A DNA stretch of 64,000 nucleotides from an uncultured Candidatus Rokubacteria bacterium (GTDB lineage: Bacteria > Methylomirabilota > Methylomirabilia > Rokubacteriales > DASRDR01), in the NCBI GenBank assembly GCA_963708025.1, contig CAVPSB010000014.1, positions 288,001-352,000 on the forward strand. The letters run 5' to 3'. This document shows, one piece after another, positions 28,785 through 40,061 of the stretch (its first letter is position 1; each line of letters opens with the position of its first letter). The position numbers and the translations under genes were made by a program. The notes below the pieces were generated by a model, which made no database searches, was not told where the DNA came from, and saw only the letters and a program-made list of their open reading frames with translations.

Positions 28785-31670
28785 TCACTCATTGCTGGTG
28801 AGGGTGACGGTGGCCGAGCTGGGGCTGCCGATCAGGTAGGTGGGGTCGGGGGTGAGGGTCGCGACGATGGTCTCCGGACCCTCCACGTCGGGGTCGTCGA
28901 TGGGCGTCACGGTGAACTCGGTGAAGGTCGCCCCGACGGGGATCGTGACGCTCGGCGGGAGTGCGACGTAGTCGGCGCCGGGGGTGGCGGAGCCGGCGAC
29001 GGTGAAGAAGACGGTCAGGGAGGCGGCGGTGCTACCGGTGCGGGTGATGCGGAAGCGGCCGGTGCTAGCGGGCTCGGCGGCGGTGGCGTCAGGCGCCGTG
29101 ATGCGCACGACACCGTCGTCGCTGGTGAGGGTGATGGTGGCGGAGCTGGGGCTGCCGATCCGGTAGGTGGGGTCGGGGGTGAGGGTCGCGACGATGGTCT
29201 CCGGACCCTCCACGTCGGGGTCGTCGATGGGCGTCACGGTGAACTCGATGAAGGTCGCCCCGACGGGGATGGTGACGCTCGGCGGGAGCGCAACGTAGTC
29301 GGCGCCGGGGGTGGCGGTGCCGGCGACGGTGAAGAAGACGGTCAGGGAGACGGCGGTGCCGCCGGTGCGGGTGATGCGGAAGCGGCCGGTGCTGGCGGGC
29401 TCGGCGGCGGTGGCGTCGGGCGCCGTCATGGTGACCGTGCCGTCATTGCTGGTGAGGGTCACGGTGGCGGAGCTGGGGCTGCCGATCGCGTAGGTGGGGT
29501 CGGGGGTGAGGGTGGCGATGATCGTCTCGGGCGGCTCGAAGAGGGAGTCGTCGATCGGTGTCACGGTGAACTCGGTGAAGGTCGCCCCGACGGGGATGGT
29601 GACGCTCGGCGGGAGCGCGATGTAGTCGGCGCCGGGGGTGGCGGTGCCGGCGACGGTGAAGAAGACGGTCAGGGGGACGGCGGTGCCGCCGGTGCGGGTG
29701 ATGCGGAAGCGGCCGGTGCTGGCGGGCTCGGCGGCGGTGGCGTCGGGCGCCGTGATGGTGACCGTGCCGTCATTGCTGGTGAGGGTCACGGTGGCGGAGC
29801 TGGGGCTGCCGACCGCGTAGGTGGGGTCGGGGGTGAGGGTGGCGATGATCGTCTCGGGCGGCTCGAAGAGGGAGTCGTCGATCGGTGTCACGGTGAACTC
29901 GGTGAAGGTCGCCCCGACGGGGATGGTGACGCTCGGCGGGAGCGCGACGTAGTCGACGCCGGGGGTGGCGGTGCCGGCGACGGTGAAGAAGACGGTCAGG
30001 GGGACGGCGGTGCCGCCGGTGCGGGTGATGCGGAAGCGGCCGGTGCTGGCGGGCTCGGCGGCGGTGGCGTCGGGCGCCGTGATGGTGACCGTGCCGTCAT
30101 TGCTGGTGAGGGTCACGGTGGCGGAGCTGGGGCTGCCGACCGCGTAGGTGGGGTTGGGGGTGAGGGTCGCGATGATCGTCTCGGGCGGTTCGAAGAGGGA
30201 GTCGTCGATCGGCGTCACGGCGACGGGCGCGGAGGCGGCGCCGGCGGGGATGGTGACGCTCGGCGGGAGCGCGACGTAGTTGACGCCGGGGGTGGCGGTG
30301 CCGGAGGCGGTGAGGAAGACGGTCAGGGGGACGGCGGTGCCGCCGGTGCGCGCGACCAGGAACTGGCCGGGATTGGCGGGCTCGGCGGCGGTGGCGTCGG
30401 GCGCCGTGATGGTGACGGTGCTGTCGTCGCTGGTGAGGGTCACCGTGGCCGAGGCGGGGCTGCCGACCACGTAGGCCGGGTTGGGGGTGAGGGTCGCGAT
30501 GATCGTCTCGGGCGGTTCGAAGAGGGAGTCGTCGATCGGCGTCACGGCGACGGGCGCGGAGGCGGCGCCGGCGGGGATGGTGACGCTCGGCGGGAGCGCG
30601 ACGTAGTCGACGCCGGGGGTGGCGGTGCCAGCGACGGTGAGGAAGACGGTCAGGGGGACGGCGGTGCCGCCGGTGCGCGCGACCAGGAACTGGCCGGGAT
30701 TGGCGGGCTCGGCGGCGGTGGCGTCGGGCGCCGTGATGGTGACGGTGCTGTCGTTGCTGGTGAGGGTCACCGTGGCCGAGGCGGGGCTGCCGACCACGTA
30801 GGCCGGGTTGGGGGCGAGCGTCGCGATGATCGTCTCGGGTGGCTCGAAGAGGGAATCGTCGATCGGTGTCACGGTGACGGGCGCGAAGGCGGCGCCGGCG
30901 GGGATGGTGACGCTCGGCGGGAGCGCGACATAGTCGACGCCGGAGGTGGCGGTCCCCGCGACGGTGAGGAAGACGATCAGGGGGTTGGTGGTGCTGCCGG
31001 TGCGCGAGATCTGGAACGCTCCCGGATCGGCCGGCTCACCCGCGGCCGCATCGGTTGCCGTGATCGTGACGGCGGGGCGCGGCGGTGGGGCCGGCGGTGG
31101 GGCCGGCCCCGGTGAGGGACCCGGAGATGGGCCGCCGGTCGTGAGGGTGAACTCCAGCTCGTTCGACGTGGCTTCGCCACCCGGCGGCGCCGCGGTCCCA
31201 CGCGGCGTGGACACCGAGAAGCAGAGTCGTGTCTGCCCTGCTGGCACCTGGAGGCCCATGACGACGAGCAGCACGTTGCCGGCGAGGTTGGCGTCGGCGA
31301 TGGTCACGGCTGCGAGGAGGGGGCCCTGCTCGGGGGCCTGGCAAGTGACGTCGCTCGGAGTGGTGTTCCGCACCAGGGCCTGTCCGCCCACCACCGCGTC
31401 GGGATTCGAGACCGTCACCGTGAGCTCCACTGACACGGGACGATCGGGCAGGACACGACCCAGGGGCCGGACTCTGAGGTCGGAGATCACCAGAAGCTGC
31501 TGCGGGTTCGCCCCGCCGCCTCCCCAGCAGCCCTGGATCTGCAACAGGAGCCCGATCAGGCCAGCGGATCGACGACCCCAGCCGCGGCCGGCTGTCCGGC
31601 GCCAACCGCCGTGGGGCGCCCGGAGCGGGGTGCTCGTCACAGCGGCTTTCGACCGCCTGACCGATCCCAC
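28785..31670 (-). CDS. surface (lipo)protein with 7 tandem Calx-beta-like domains; start uncertain
   Basis: LIGLLLQIQGC lipobox-like stretch, Pro-rich linker, 7 x 109-aa repeats with GTATPGxDY and VTPIDDxxxExxETI. Confidence 0.85.
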   Translation of the reverse strand: MGSVRRSKAAVTSTPLRAPHGGWRRTAGRGWGRRSAGLIGLLLQIQGCWGGGGANPQQLLVISDLRVRPLGRVLPDRPVSVELTVTVSNPDAVVGGQALVRNTTPSDVTCQAPEQGPLLAAVTIADANLAGNVLLVVMGLQVPAGQTRLCFSVSTPRGTAAPPGGEATSNELEFTLTTGGPSPGPSPGPAPPPAPPPRPAVTITATDAAAGEPADPGAFQISRTGSTTNPLIVFLTVAGTATSGVDYVALPPSVTIPAGAAFAPVTVTPIDDSLFEPPETIIATLAPNPAYVVGSPASATVTLTSNDSTVTITAPDATAAEPANPGQFLVARTGGTAVPLTVFLTVAGTATPGVDYVALPPSVTIPAGAASAPVAVTPIDDSLFEPPETIIATLTPNPAYVVGSPASATVTLTSDDSTVTITAPDATAAEPANPGQFLVARTGGTAVPLTVFLTASGTATPGVNYVALPPSVTIPAGAASAPVAVTPIDDSLFEPPETIIATLTPNPTYAVGSPSSATVTLTSNDGTVTITAPDATAAEPASTGRFRITRTGGTAVPLTVFFTVAGTATPGVDYVALPPSVTIPVGATFTEFTVTPIDDSLFEPPETIIATLTPDPTYAVGSPSSATVTLTSNDGTVTITAPDATAAEPASTGRFRITRTGGTAVPLTVFFTVAGTATPGADYIALPPSVTIPVGATFTEFTVTPIDDSLFEPPETIIATLTPDPTYAIGSPSSATVTLTSNDGTVTMTAPDATAAEPASTGRFRITRTGGTAVSLTVFFTVAGTATPGADYVALPPSVTIPVGATFIEFTVTPIDDPDVEGPETIVATLTPDPTYRIGSPSSATITLTSDDGVVRITAPDATAAEPASTGRFRITRTGSTAASLTVFFTVAGSATPGADYVALPPSVTIPVGATFTEFTVTPIDDPDVEGPETIVATLTPDPTYLIGSPSSATVTLTSNE
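28788..31070. repeat. intragenic tandem repeat, 327-bp unit x7
   Basis: equivalent positions recur at 28984, 29311, 29638, 29965, 30292, 30619 and 30946. Confidence 0.92.
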
Positions 31671-31804
31671 GCACGGGACTCTACCAGAATGAGCCGCCGT
31701 GGCAAAACTTCAACACGGGGAGCGGGACACCCGAGCGGGCCGTCACTCACGGGACAGTGACGAGTGCTCGGAGCTGGGGAGCCGTCGAGGCCCCCTCCGA
31801 TGAT

Positions 31805-33322
31805 TCACGCCAACGCGGAGCGCCGGCGGGCGGCGGCCTCCCACAGCGCCCGGGCCACCGGGATCGCCACCGCCAGCAGGGCGGCCGAGGTCAGCGCCGC
31901 CGCGATCGGCCGCTGGAAGAAGATCGCGAGCCCGGAGTCCGAGATGATCAGCGACTGGCGGAGGGCCCGCTCGGCCAGCGGCCCCAGCACGAGGGCGAGG
32001 GTCAGGGCGGCCGGGGAGTAGTCGAGCTTCTTCATCACGTAGCCGAGGACGCCGAACACGAGCATCAGGCCGACGTCCCACACCCGGTTGTTGGCGGCGT
32101 ACGCCCCGGTGACGCAGAAGACGATGATCAGCGGCATCAGGATGTTGTAGGGGATGCGGAGGGCCCAGACGAACATCGGGATGAAGGCCAGGTTCAGGAT
32201 CACCAGCATCACGTTGCCGATGTACATCGAGGCGATCAGGCCCCAGACGAAGTCCGGGTTCTTCTCGAAGAGGAGGGGCCCCGGCCGGAGCCCCCACATC
32301 AGGAGGCCGCCCAGCAGCACCGCGGTCGTCCCCGACCCGGGGATGCCGAGGGAGAGCAGCGGGCACCATCGCGCCGGCCGAGGCCGCGTTGTTCGCCGAC
32401 TCGGGGCCGGCCACCCCCTCGATGGCGCCCGTGGCCGAACTCCTCGGGGTGCTTCGAGACCTTCTTCTCCACCGTGTAGGCGAGGAAGGAGGCGATGGTG
32501 GAGCCGGCGCCCGGCAGGACGCCGATGAAGAAGCCGAGCACCGTGCCCCGCAGCGATCGCCCAGCGGCTGCGCACCCAGTCGGCCCGGCGGGGCCAGACG
32601 TCCCGCAGCCCGTAGGTGGCCCGGAGGATCTTCATGTCGGTCGGCGCTCTCGGCCCCGACCAGCACCTCGCCGAGGCCGAAGAGCCCGATGGCCACCGGC
32701 AGGAAATCGACGCCGTCCAGCATCTCGTTGATGCCGGCGGTGTAGCGGGGGTCGCCGGAGATGATGTCGAATCCCACCATCGCGAGCATCAGCCCGAGCA
32801 CCATGCTGATGTAGCCCTTCACCGCGTTCTCGCCGGTGAGCCCGGTCACGGTGGTGAGCCCGAGCAGCATCAGGGCGAAGGTCTCCGGGGGGCCGAAGCG
32901 AGAGCGCCCAGCGGACGAGGGTGGGCGACATCAGCATGAGCAGCACCACCCCGAAGGTCCCGGCGATGAACGAGCCGATCGCCGCCACTGCCGAGCGCCG
33001 GCCCGGCCCGGCCCTGGAGCGCCATCTGGTAGCCGTCGATGCACGTGACCACCGACGCCGACTCGCCGGGGGTGTTGATGAGCACCGAGGTGATGGTGCC
33101 GCCGTACTGGGAGCCGTAGTAGATGGCGGTCAGCATGATGATGGCCGAGGTCGGCGGCATGCCGAAGGTCAGCGGCAGCAGCAGCGCGACGCCCGGAGAC
33201 CGGCCCGATGCCCGGCAGGGCGCCGATGAAGGTGCCGACGACGACGCCGGCCAGCGCCATCAGCAGGTTGAAGGGCGAGAGGCGATCGAGAAGCCGAGGA
33301 TCAGGTTGTCGAAGACGTCCAT
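31805..33322 (-). CDS. tctA: tripartite tricarboxylate transporter large permease, multiple frameshifts
   Basis: [52 protein letters not shown] across frames. Confidence 0.9.
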
Positions 33323-33331
33323 GCCGGCGCC

Positions 33332-33807
33332 TCAGAACCCCAGGACGCTGACCGGGAAGGGGACCTGGAGCCAGTAGGTGAAGACGACGTAGTTCACGAG
33401 CGCGGTGGCCGCGGCGATCCCGAGCGACGGCAGCCAGCGGTAGCCTTCGAGGAAGCGCAGGATGCCCGATCAGGAACAGCGCCGCTGCCGAGGATCATGC
33501 CGACCACGTCGAGGAGGGCGACGAAGAGCACGGTCGCGGCCAGGACCCAGCCGAGCCGGATCAGGCCACCCCGCTCGGGCAGCCAGCGGGCCGCCGGGCG
33601 TCCCGGCGCGGCTGGCTCCGACGAAGAGCAGCAGCGCCAGGATCCCCATGGCGAGCGCCCAGCCAGACCGGAAGGAAGCCCGGAGCCGGGCCCGGTGGTG
33701 CCCCAGTAGGGATACGCGCGGAGGGCGACCACCGTGTAGCCGATCGCGAGGGCGAGGAGAACGAGCCCCGCGACCTGGTCGGCCCGGCGGACGGAGCCGC
33801 CGCTCAC
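33332..33807 (-). CDS. tctB: tripartite tricarboxylate transporter small permease, frameshifted
   Basis: TM segments, GPGSG motif, ends LQVPFPVSVLGF; lies between tctC and tctA. Confidence 0.78.
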
Positions 33808-34800
33808 TTCTTGATGGCGCCGAGGTCGGTCAACGCCTTCTGGTACTTCGCACGGAGGCCGTCCAGGTACTCGTTCGCCTCTTCGCCGGTCCAGAAGACC
33901 GGGGTGAGCAGGTTCCGCTGGATGTACTGCTCCTGCCACTTCGTGGTCTCGGTCACCTTCTTCAGCGTGTCCTGCCACCACTTGACGGGCTCGTCGCCCA
34001 TGTCGGCGGGGCCGACCACGCCGCGCATCTGCTCCCACAGCACGTCGTAGCCCTTCTCCTTGAAGGTCGGCACGCTCGGCGCGCCCTTCAGCCGCTGCTT
34101 GGAGGCGACCGCCAGGTACTTGGCCTTGCCGGCCTCGATCTGGGCGACGATCTCGTTCGGGTTCTCGACCGCGGCGTCGACGTGGCCGCCCATGAGCGCC
34201 ACGGTGACCTCGCCGCCCGAGTTGAACGGCACGTACTTGACCTTGGTGCCGGTGGCCTTCTCCATGAGGTACGTGAAGATGTGGTCCTCGGAGTTGGTGG
34301 CGGTGCCGCCCACGGTGAGCTGGCCCGGCCGCTCCTTGGCCGCCTTGACGAAGTCCTCGAGCGTCTGGTACTTGGAGTCGGACTTCACCGCGAGCGTCAG
34401 ATCGTCCACGGCGACGACCGCGAGCATCGTCATGGCGTCGCGGTGGTCTCCGGAGAGGCGGCCCTCGAGTCTTGCCGCTCACGATGGTCGGCGTGGCGCC
34501 GGCGACCACGTAGGGATTCCCCTTCTTGCCGATCAGGTAGGTGTAGCCGACGGCGCCGCTCCCACCGGCCTTGTTCACCACGTTGATCGACGCCGGCGAG
34601 AGCTTGTTCTCGTCGATGATGCCGATGATCATGCGCATCAGGTTGTCGGTGCCGCCGCCCGGGGCGTAGGGCACGACGACCTCGACCGGCCGGCTCGGAT
34701 ACTTCCCCTGGGCGGCCGCCGGGCCGGCGACGGCGGAGACCAGCGTGAGGAGGGTCAGCACGACAACCGTCGTCGGGCGCCGAATGCTTCGCTGGGTCAT
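33804..34800 (-). CDS. tctC: tripartite tricarboxylate transporter substrate-binding protein, frameshift near 34470
   Basis: signal peptide, YPSRPVEVVVPYAPGGGTD, VPFNSGGE, LMGGHVD, VPTFKEKG. Confidence 0.9.
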
Positions 34801-34837
34801 CGGGTGCTCCTTTCGCATGTAGGGGGTGGAGGGTCGG

Positions 34838-35627
34838 CTACGTGCCGGTCCAGCGCGGCTTCTTCTTGTCGAGGAAAGCGCGGACCCCTTCCCGGAAGTC
34901 GGCGCTCCCGTAGGCGAGGGCGATCAGGTCCTCGCCGTCGGGCAGGCGGCGCGCGGCCTGGATCCGGCGGATCGCCTCCTTCGTGATCCGGAGCGTGAGT
35001 GGCGCGTGCTCGGCGATCTCGGCCGCGAGCGCGCGGGTCCGGGCGTCGAGCCCCTCCGCCGGCACGATCTCGTGGACGAAGCCCGCCGCGTGGGCCTCGG
35101 CGGCCGAGAGGAGCCGGGCGGTGAAGACCAGCTCGGTGAGCCGCGACGGCCCGAAGAGGTCGAGGAAGCGCGCGTAGGCGTCCATCGAGACGCAGTTGCC
35201 CAGCGTCCGCGCGATCGGTAGACCCAGGCGGGCGTCGGCGGTCGCCAACCGCAGGTCGCAGGCGGCTGCCAGCTCGAAGCCGCCGCCGGTCGCGACCCCG
35301 GCGATCGCGGCGATCACCGGCTTGGTGACCCGGGCCGAGGCGGCCGACCCAGCGGTCCAGGTCCCGCTCGTAGCGGAGGCCGTCCTCGGCGGTCGAGAAG
35401 GCCGTGAACTGGGCGATGTCGGTGCCGGCCGCGAACGCCTTGCCGCCGGCGCCGCGCAGCACCAAGACCCGCACCGCCTCGTCGGCGTCCACTTCCTCGC
35501 ACGCCCGGTACAGGCCCTCGTACATGGCCCACGTGAGCGCGTTGCGGGCCGCCGGGCGGTTGAAGGTGAGGGTGAGGACGGGGCCGTCGCGGGCAACCAG
35601 GACCTCGTCGGTAGCCACGGGTGCCAC
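34838..35627 (-). CDS. enoyl-CoA hydratase/isomerase, frameshift near 35340
   Basis: FNRPAARNAL, AFAAGTDI, KPVIAAIAGVATGGG, SADFREGVRAFLDKKKPRW. Confidence 0.88.
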
Positions 35628-35640
35628 GAGAATAGCGTAC

Positions 35641-35703
35641 GGGGTCAGGCCTTTCAATCTTTCGATCTCCGCCCGGATTGTTAAGAATGAAAGGCCTGAC
35701 CCC
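35641..35703. repeat. 63-bp palindromic element GGGGTCAGGCCTTTCA...TGAAAGGCCTGACCCC
   Basis: 16-bp perfect IR (21 bp with one mismatch) around a short spacer. Confidence 0.8.
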
Positions 35704-35706
35704 ATC

Positions 35707-36915
35707 TCAGGAGCGGCGAACTACGGCATCTCTGCGCTCGGTGAGCCCGGGCAGCAGGTCGACGCCCAGCCCGGGGCCCGGGGCCGGCCGCACGGTGCCG
35801 CGCTCGACGACGGGCAGGCCCGAGACCAGCTCCGTGTACCAGCCGGTGTGGAACGCCCGCACGCACTCCTGGATCAGCGCGTTCGGCGCGTTGAGGGAGA
35901 GGTGGACGCTGGCGGCCCAGACGACCGGCCCGGTGCAGTCGTGGGGCGCGATGGGCAGCCCGAAGGCCTCGGCCATCCCCGCGATGGCCTTGGCCTCGGA
36001 GAGGCCGCCGCACCAGCCGAGGTCGAGCATGACGATGCTCGCCGCCCGCGCCTCCAGGAGCTCGCGGAAGGCCTGGCGGCCCCCGAGCAGCTCGCTCGCG
36101 GTCGTGGGGATCTTCGTCGCCTGGGCGAAGCGGGCCAGGCTCGCGATGTCGTCGGGGCGGAGCGGATCCTCGATCCAGTAGGGCTCGAGGCCCTCGGCCT
36201 CGAAGGCCCGGGCGATCTTGAGCGCGGTCGGCAGGTTCCAGAGCCCGTGTAGCTCGACCATCAGCTCCATCCGCCGGCCGACGGCGCGGCGGACCTGGCG
36301 GAACGGCTCGAGCCCGCGGTCGAGGTCGGACGCCCCGATGTGACTGCCGCCGCTCGCGTAGGCGTACTCGTCGAAGGGCCACATCTTCATGCCGGTCGTG
36401 CCCTGGTCGAGAAGGCTCCGGGCCAGCTCGTCGGCCCGCCCGTGGAGCCAGGCGTCGAGGTCCTCGTAGGGCCCGCCCCGCGCGTCCGCGGGCGGCAGCC
36501 CCCAGTTCTGGAGGCTGGCGCCGGTGGCGTCCCGCACGTACCGGTAGCCGGCACAGGTGTTGTACGTCCGGATCGACGGCCGCGACGCGCCGCCGAGGAG
36601 CTGGTGGACGGGGCGCCCGCTGGCCCGGCCGGCCAGGTCCCACAGCGCGATGTCGACGGCCGAGTTGCCGCGGCTCTCGACGCCGGTGCTCCGGGTGCCG
36701 ACGTAGTTCTGGAGGCGGACCCGCAGGAGGTCGATGGCCGCCGGGTCCTGGCCCAGGAGCTTCGGCGCCGCCGTCTCGTGGAGGTAGGTCGCCACCTCGG
36801 CCGCGCCGAAGAAGGTCTCGCCGAGCCCGACCAGCCCCTCGTCGGTGTGGACCCGCACGAAGCAGAGGTTCGGGAACTCGCCGAGCCGGATGGTCTCGAG
36901 CGCCGTGATCTTCAT
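35707..36915 (-). CDS. mandelate racemase/muconate lactonizing enzyme family acid-sugar dehydratase
   Basis: TDEGLVGLGE, SAVDIALWDL, GMKMWPF, MVELH, WIEDP, ASE, PHDCTGP. Confidence 0.9.
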   Translation of the reverse strand: MKITALETIRLGEFPNLCFVRVHTDEGLVGLGETFFGAAEVATYLHETAAPKLLGQDPAAIDLLRVRLQNYVGTRSTGVESRGNSAVDIALWDLAGRASGRPVHQLLGGASRPSIRTYNTCAGYRYVRDATGASLQNWGLPPADARGGPYEDLDAWLHGRADELARSLLDQGTTGMKMWPFDEYAYASGGSHIGASDLDRGLEPFRQVRRAVGRRMELMVELHGLWNLPTALKIARAFEAEGLEPYWIEDPLRPDDIASLARFAQATKIPTTASELLGGRQAFRELLEARAASIVMLDLGWCGGLSEAKAIAGMAEAFGLPIAPHDCTGPVVWAASVHLSLNAPNALIQECVRAFHTGWYTELVSGLPVVERGTVRPAPGPGLGVDLLPGLTERRDAVVRRS

Positions 36916-36924
36916 CCGTGACCC

Positions 36925-37750
36925 TCAGCCTTTGATGGCGCCGCTCGTCAGGCCGCTGACGAAGTAGCGCTGGAGCAGGAAGTAGAACGCGACCGGCACG
37001 ACGGTGAAGAGCGCCGTCGCGGCGAACACCAGCTCGACCGGGGTGGCCAGCTCGCCGATGAACGAGGCGAGGCCCACCGACGCCGGCCGCAGCTCGGCGG
37101 TGGTGATGAACGTGGAGGCGAAGAGGTACTCGTTCCAGCCGTCGAAGAAGGCGATCACGCTGACCGTGATCAGCGCCGGGACCGAGAGCGGCAGCGTGAT
37201 CCGCCAGAGCGCCCCCATCGGGCCGCAGCCGTCGATCAGGGCCGCCTCGCGGATCTCGCGGGGGATCGTGTCCATGAAGCTCTTCAGGATCCAGACGCCG
37301 ACCGGGACGACGAAGGCCGCGTCGGCCAGGACGAGCCCGGGGAGGCTGTCGATCAGCCCGGCCCGCCGGAAGACGACGAAGATGGGGATGATCAGGAGGG
37401 CCTCCGGGAGCATCTGGGTGGTCAGGAGCGCGAAGCCGAAGACGGAGCGCCCGCGCCAGGCGAAGTGGGAGAGGGCGTAGCCGCCGGCGATCGAGAGGAC
37501 CGAGGCAGACCAGGGTGACGCCGGCGGAGACCAGGAAGGTGTTGGTGAGCCAGGTGGCGATGGGGATCGTCCGGAACAGCTCCACGTAGGCGTCCCAGCG
37601 GATCTCCCGGGGCCAGAGGGCCGGCGGGTAGCTGATGGTGTCGCGGGTGGGACGGACCGACGTCACGAGCATCCAGTAGGCGGGGAAGAGGACCATCGCG
37701 CAGACGAGCGCCACGGCGGCGTAGAGCGCGAGACGCCGGAGGGGCCTCAA
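36925..37750 (-). CDS. carbohydrate ABC permease (MalG-like), frameshift near 37500
   Basis: IPREIREAALIDG EAA motif, WNEYLFA, QRYFVSGLTSGAIKG. Confidence 0.88.
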
Positions 37751-38648
37751 ATCCCGCCGTACCCCAGCCGCCGCTGGACCGCGAAGTAGGCGGCGGCGAT
37801 CACCAGCGTCACCCCCAGCCCGGCCACCCCGACGGTGCTGCCGTAGGAGAGATCGAAGAACCGGAAGGCGTGCTCGTAGACGGCGATGACCAGCGTCTTG
37901 GTGGCGCTGGCCGGGCCGCCGCCGGTCAGGAGGTAGATCACGGTGAAGCGCCGGAACGAGAAGATCGTCGCCAGCAGCGTCATGAGGCCGAGGGTCGGCG
38001 CGATGCCGGGCAGCGTGATGTGGCGGAAGCAGGCGAGGGCGCCGGCGCCGTCGATCCGCGCCGCCTCGTACAGCTCGGCCTGGAGCGTCTGGAAGGCGGT
38101 CAGCACCACCAGGCTGTAGAAGGGGAAGATCTTCCAGAGGGTGAGCAGGATCACGCTCAGCATGGCCATCCGGGGGTCGGTGAGCCAGGGCAGGTTCTCG
38201 CGGACGGGCAGCACCCAGCGGGCGAAGACGTTGAAGACGCCGAACTGCTGGCTGAGCATCCAGGTCCAGACCAGGACCGCCGCCACCTCGGGGAAGGCGT
38301 AGGGCAGCGTGATGGCGACCCGGGCGGCGGCCCGCCCGTGGAAGCGGGCGTTCATGAGGAGGGCGGTGCCCACCGAGGTGACGACGGTGGCCGTCACCAC
38401 CAGGGCCGTGTAGAGGAGCGTCACCCTGAGGGCCTGCCAGAAGGCGGGATCGTGGAGGAGCCGGCGGTAGTTGGCGAGCCCGACCCACGCCGGCGGGACC
38501 GGGCTCAGGAGCTCGGTGCGGGTGAAGCTGGTGGCGATGCCCTGGCGCGATCGGGTAGAGGATCAGCGACCCCGATGTAGAGGGCGACCGGCAGGGCGAG
38601 GAGGTACGGGGTGGCGGCCGTTCGGAGCCGAGCCCCGCCAGCCGCCAC
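37747..38648 (-). CDS. carbohydrate ABC permease (MalF-like), 5' frameshifts
   Basis: VGLANY, WKIFPF, ELYEAARIDGA, GGGPASAT. Confidence 0.85.
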
Positions 38649-38664
38649 CGTCCCTCCCGGCGCG

Positions 38665-39951
38665 TCAGACACGCGCGGCGAGTTCCTCGAGCGCCTTCTG
38701 CGCCTCCGCCATCGCGGCCTCGGGCGCCTTGCCGGTGGTGAGCACCTCGGAGACGCGGCTCAGCACCATCTGGCGCACCTCGGCGACGTTGGACTCGAGC
38801 CCCTCCACCAGGCCCGGGATCGGCGTGCCGCGGGAGCCCAGGAAGCCGTCCACCCAGTGGAGCTCCTTCATGTAGGCCTCGCGGGCGACACCCTTGTACG
38901 GCTCGTAGATGTCGAGGGCCGCCTCCATCAGCCCGCGGAAGTTCTCGGCCTTGAACACGAACTCCAGGAAGGCCTGGGCCGCCGCTTCTGGGTCGAGCCG
39001 GCGTAGATGCCGACGTAGTTCGGGATGTTGATGGCCCGGTGGTTCTCCCACGGGGGTGGCGCCGTGAAGATCTTCGGGTAGATCGCCGGGTTGCCGGACT
39101 TCAGGATGTTGATGTTCGCCGAGTTGTCGATGTACTGGGCGACCTTGCCCTCCCACGCCATGCGCCGGTAGGTCGAGGCGTCGGCGCCCTGGGGCATCGC
39201 CTCGTCGTAGAGACGCTTGTAGGCCTTGACGGCGTTGATGACCGGGGCCTCCGTCACCTGGGGCTTCTTCCCCTTCACCCACTGGCCGCCGTAGCCGAGC
39301 ACCCAGTGGGAGATGTCCTGCCACCAGCCGTTCTGCTCCTGCATCGTGCTGCGGGCCGCGTGGCCGAACTGGTCGGGGCGGCTGGTGAGCCGCTTGGCGG
39401 CGGCGAAGTACTCCTCCTGGCTCGCCGGGGGCTTGGCGATCCCGGCCTTCGCGTACAGCTCCTTGTTGTAGATGACGGCGTAGGGGACGTTGACCGCGAG
39501 GAGGCCGTAGAGGCGCCCGCCGGCGGTGACGAACTGGTGGACCTGGCCGGTCGAGCCGGTCCTGGATCCCGAGCCGCTGGACCACGTCGTCCACCGGGGC
39601 CAGGACCCCGGCCTTGATGAGCCGGATGCCCAGCTCGTCGTAGAAGGAGAGGACGTCGGCGTCCAGCCGGCCCCCGGCGAGCTGGGTGGTGACGCGCTGG
39701 AAGAACTCGGAGTAGGGGAAGCCCACCTCCTGGACGCGGATGTCCTTCTGCGCCTCGTGGAACTTCCGGACGACGCCGCGCCAGGCCTCGTTCCGGCCCT
39801 TCTCCGCCCACCACCAGGTGAGGTACTTCACGGTGACCGGCGTCTGGGCGGTCGCCCGCCGGGGGCGCGTGGCGGTGAGGGCGGCGCCGGCGGCGCCGGC
39901 GACGCCAGCGATGGTGGTGAGGAATGCGCGCCGGGTCGGGGCTGCGGGCAT
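38665..39951 (-). CDS. carbohydrate ABC substrate-binding protein with Tat signal, frameshifted
   Basis: TRRAFL Tat motif; family-1 SBP segments in three frames; C-terminal PEAAMAEAQ. Confidence 0.85.
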   Translation of the reverse strand: MPAAPTRRAFLTTIAGVAGAAGAALTATRPRRATAQTPVTVKYLTWWWAEKGRNEAWRGVVRKFHEAQKDIRVQEVGFPYSEFFQRVTTQLAGGRLDADVLSFYDELGIRLIKAGVLAPVDDVVQRLGIQDRLDRPGPPVRHRRRAPLRPPRGQRPLRRHLQQGAVREGRDRQAPGEPGGVLRRRQAAHQPPRPVRPRGPQHDAGAERLVAGHLPLGARLRRPVGEGEEAPGDGGPGHQRRQGLQASLRRGDAPGRRRLDLPAHGVGGQGRPVHRQLGEHQHPEVRQPGDLPEDLHGATPVGEPPGHQHPELRRHLRRLDPEAAAQAFLEFVFKAENFRGLMEAALDIYEPYKGVAREAYMKELHWVDGFLGSRGTPIPGLVEGLESNVAEVRQMVLSRVSEVLTTGKAPEAAMAEAQKALEELAARV

Positions 39952-40061
39952 GGGCGTCACCTCCGTGAGCGTGCGGGTGGCTTGCATCGCGTCGGCGTTC
40001 GTGTCAACGATGATGGCGATTTCCCGGCGGGAGTCAAGCCGGCCCCGCCGGGATCGGCACG

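Noticed and set aside
28788-31070. CRISPR array or DGR-like repeats
   Set aside because: The units are 327-bp in-frame coding repeats with no spacers, and no cas or reverse transcriptase gene is in the window
28158-31115. 985-aa Gly-rich repeat protein and the repeated 60-aa ORFs on the plus strand
   Set aside because: Antisense shadows of the Calx-beta gene
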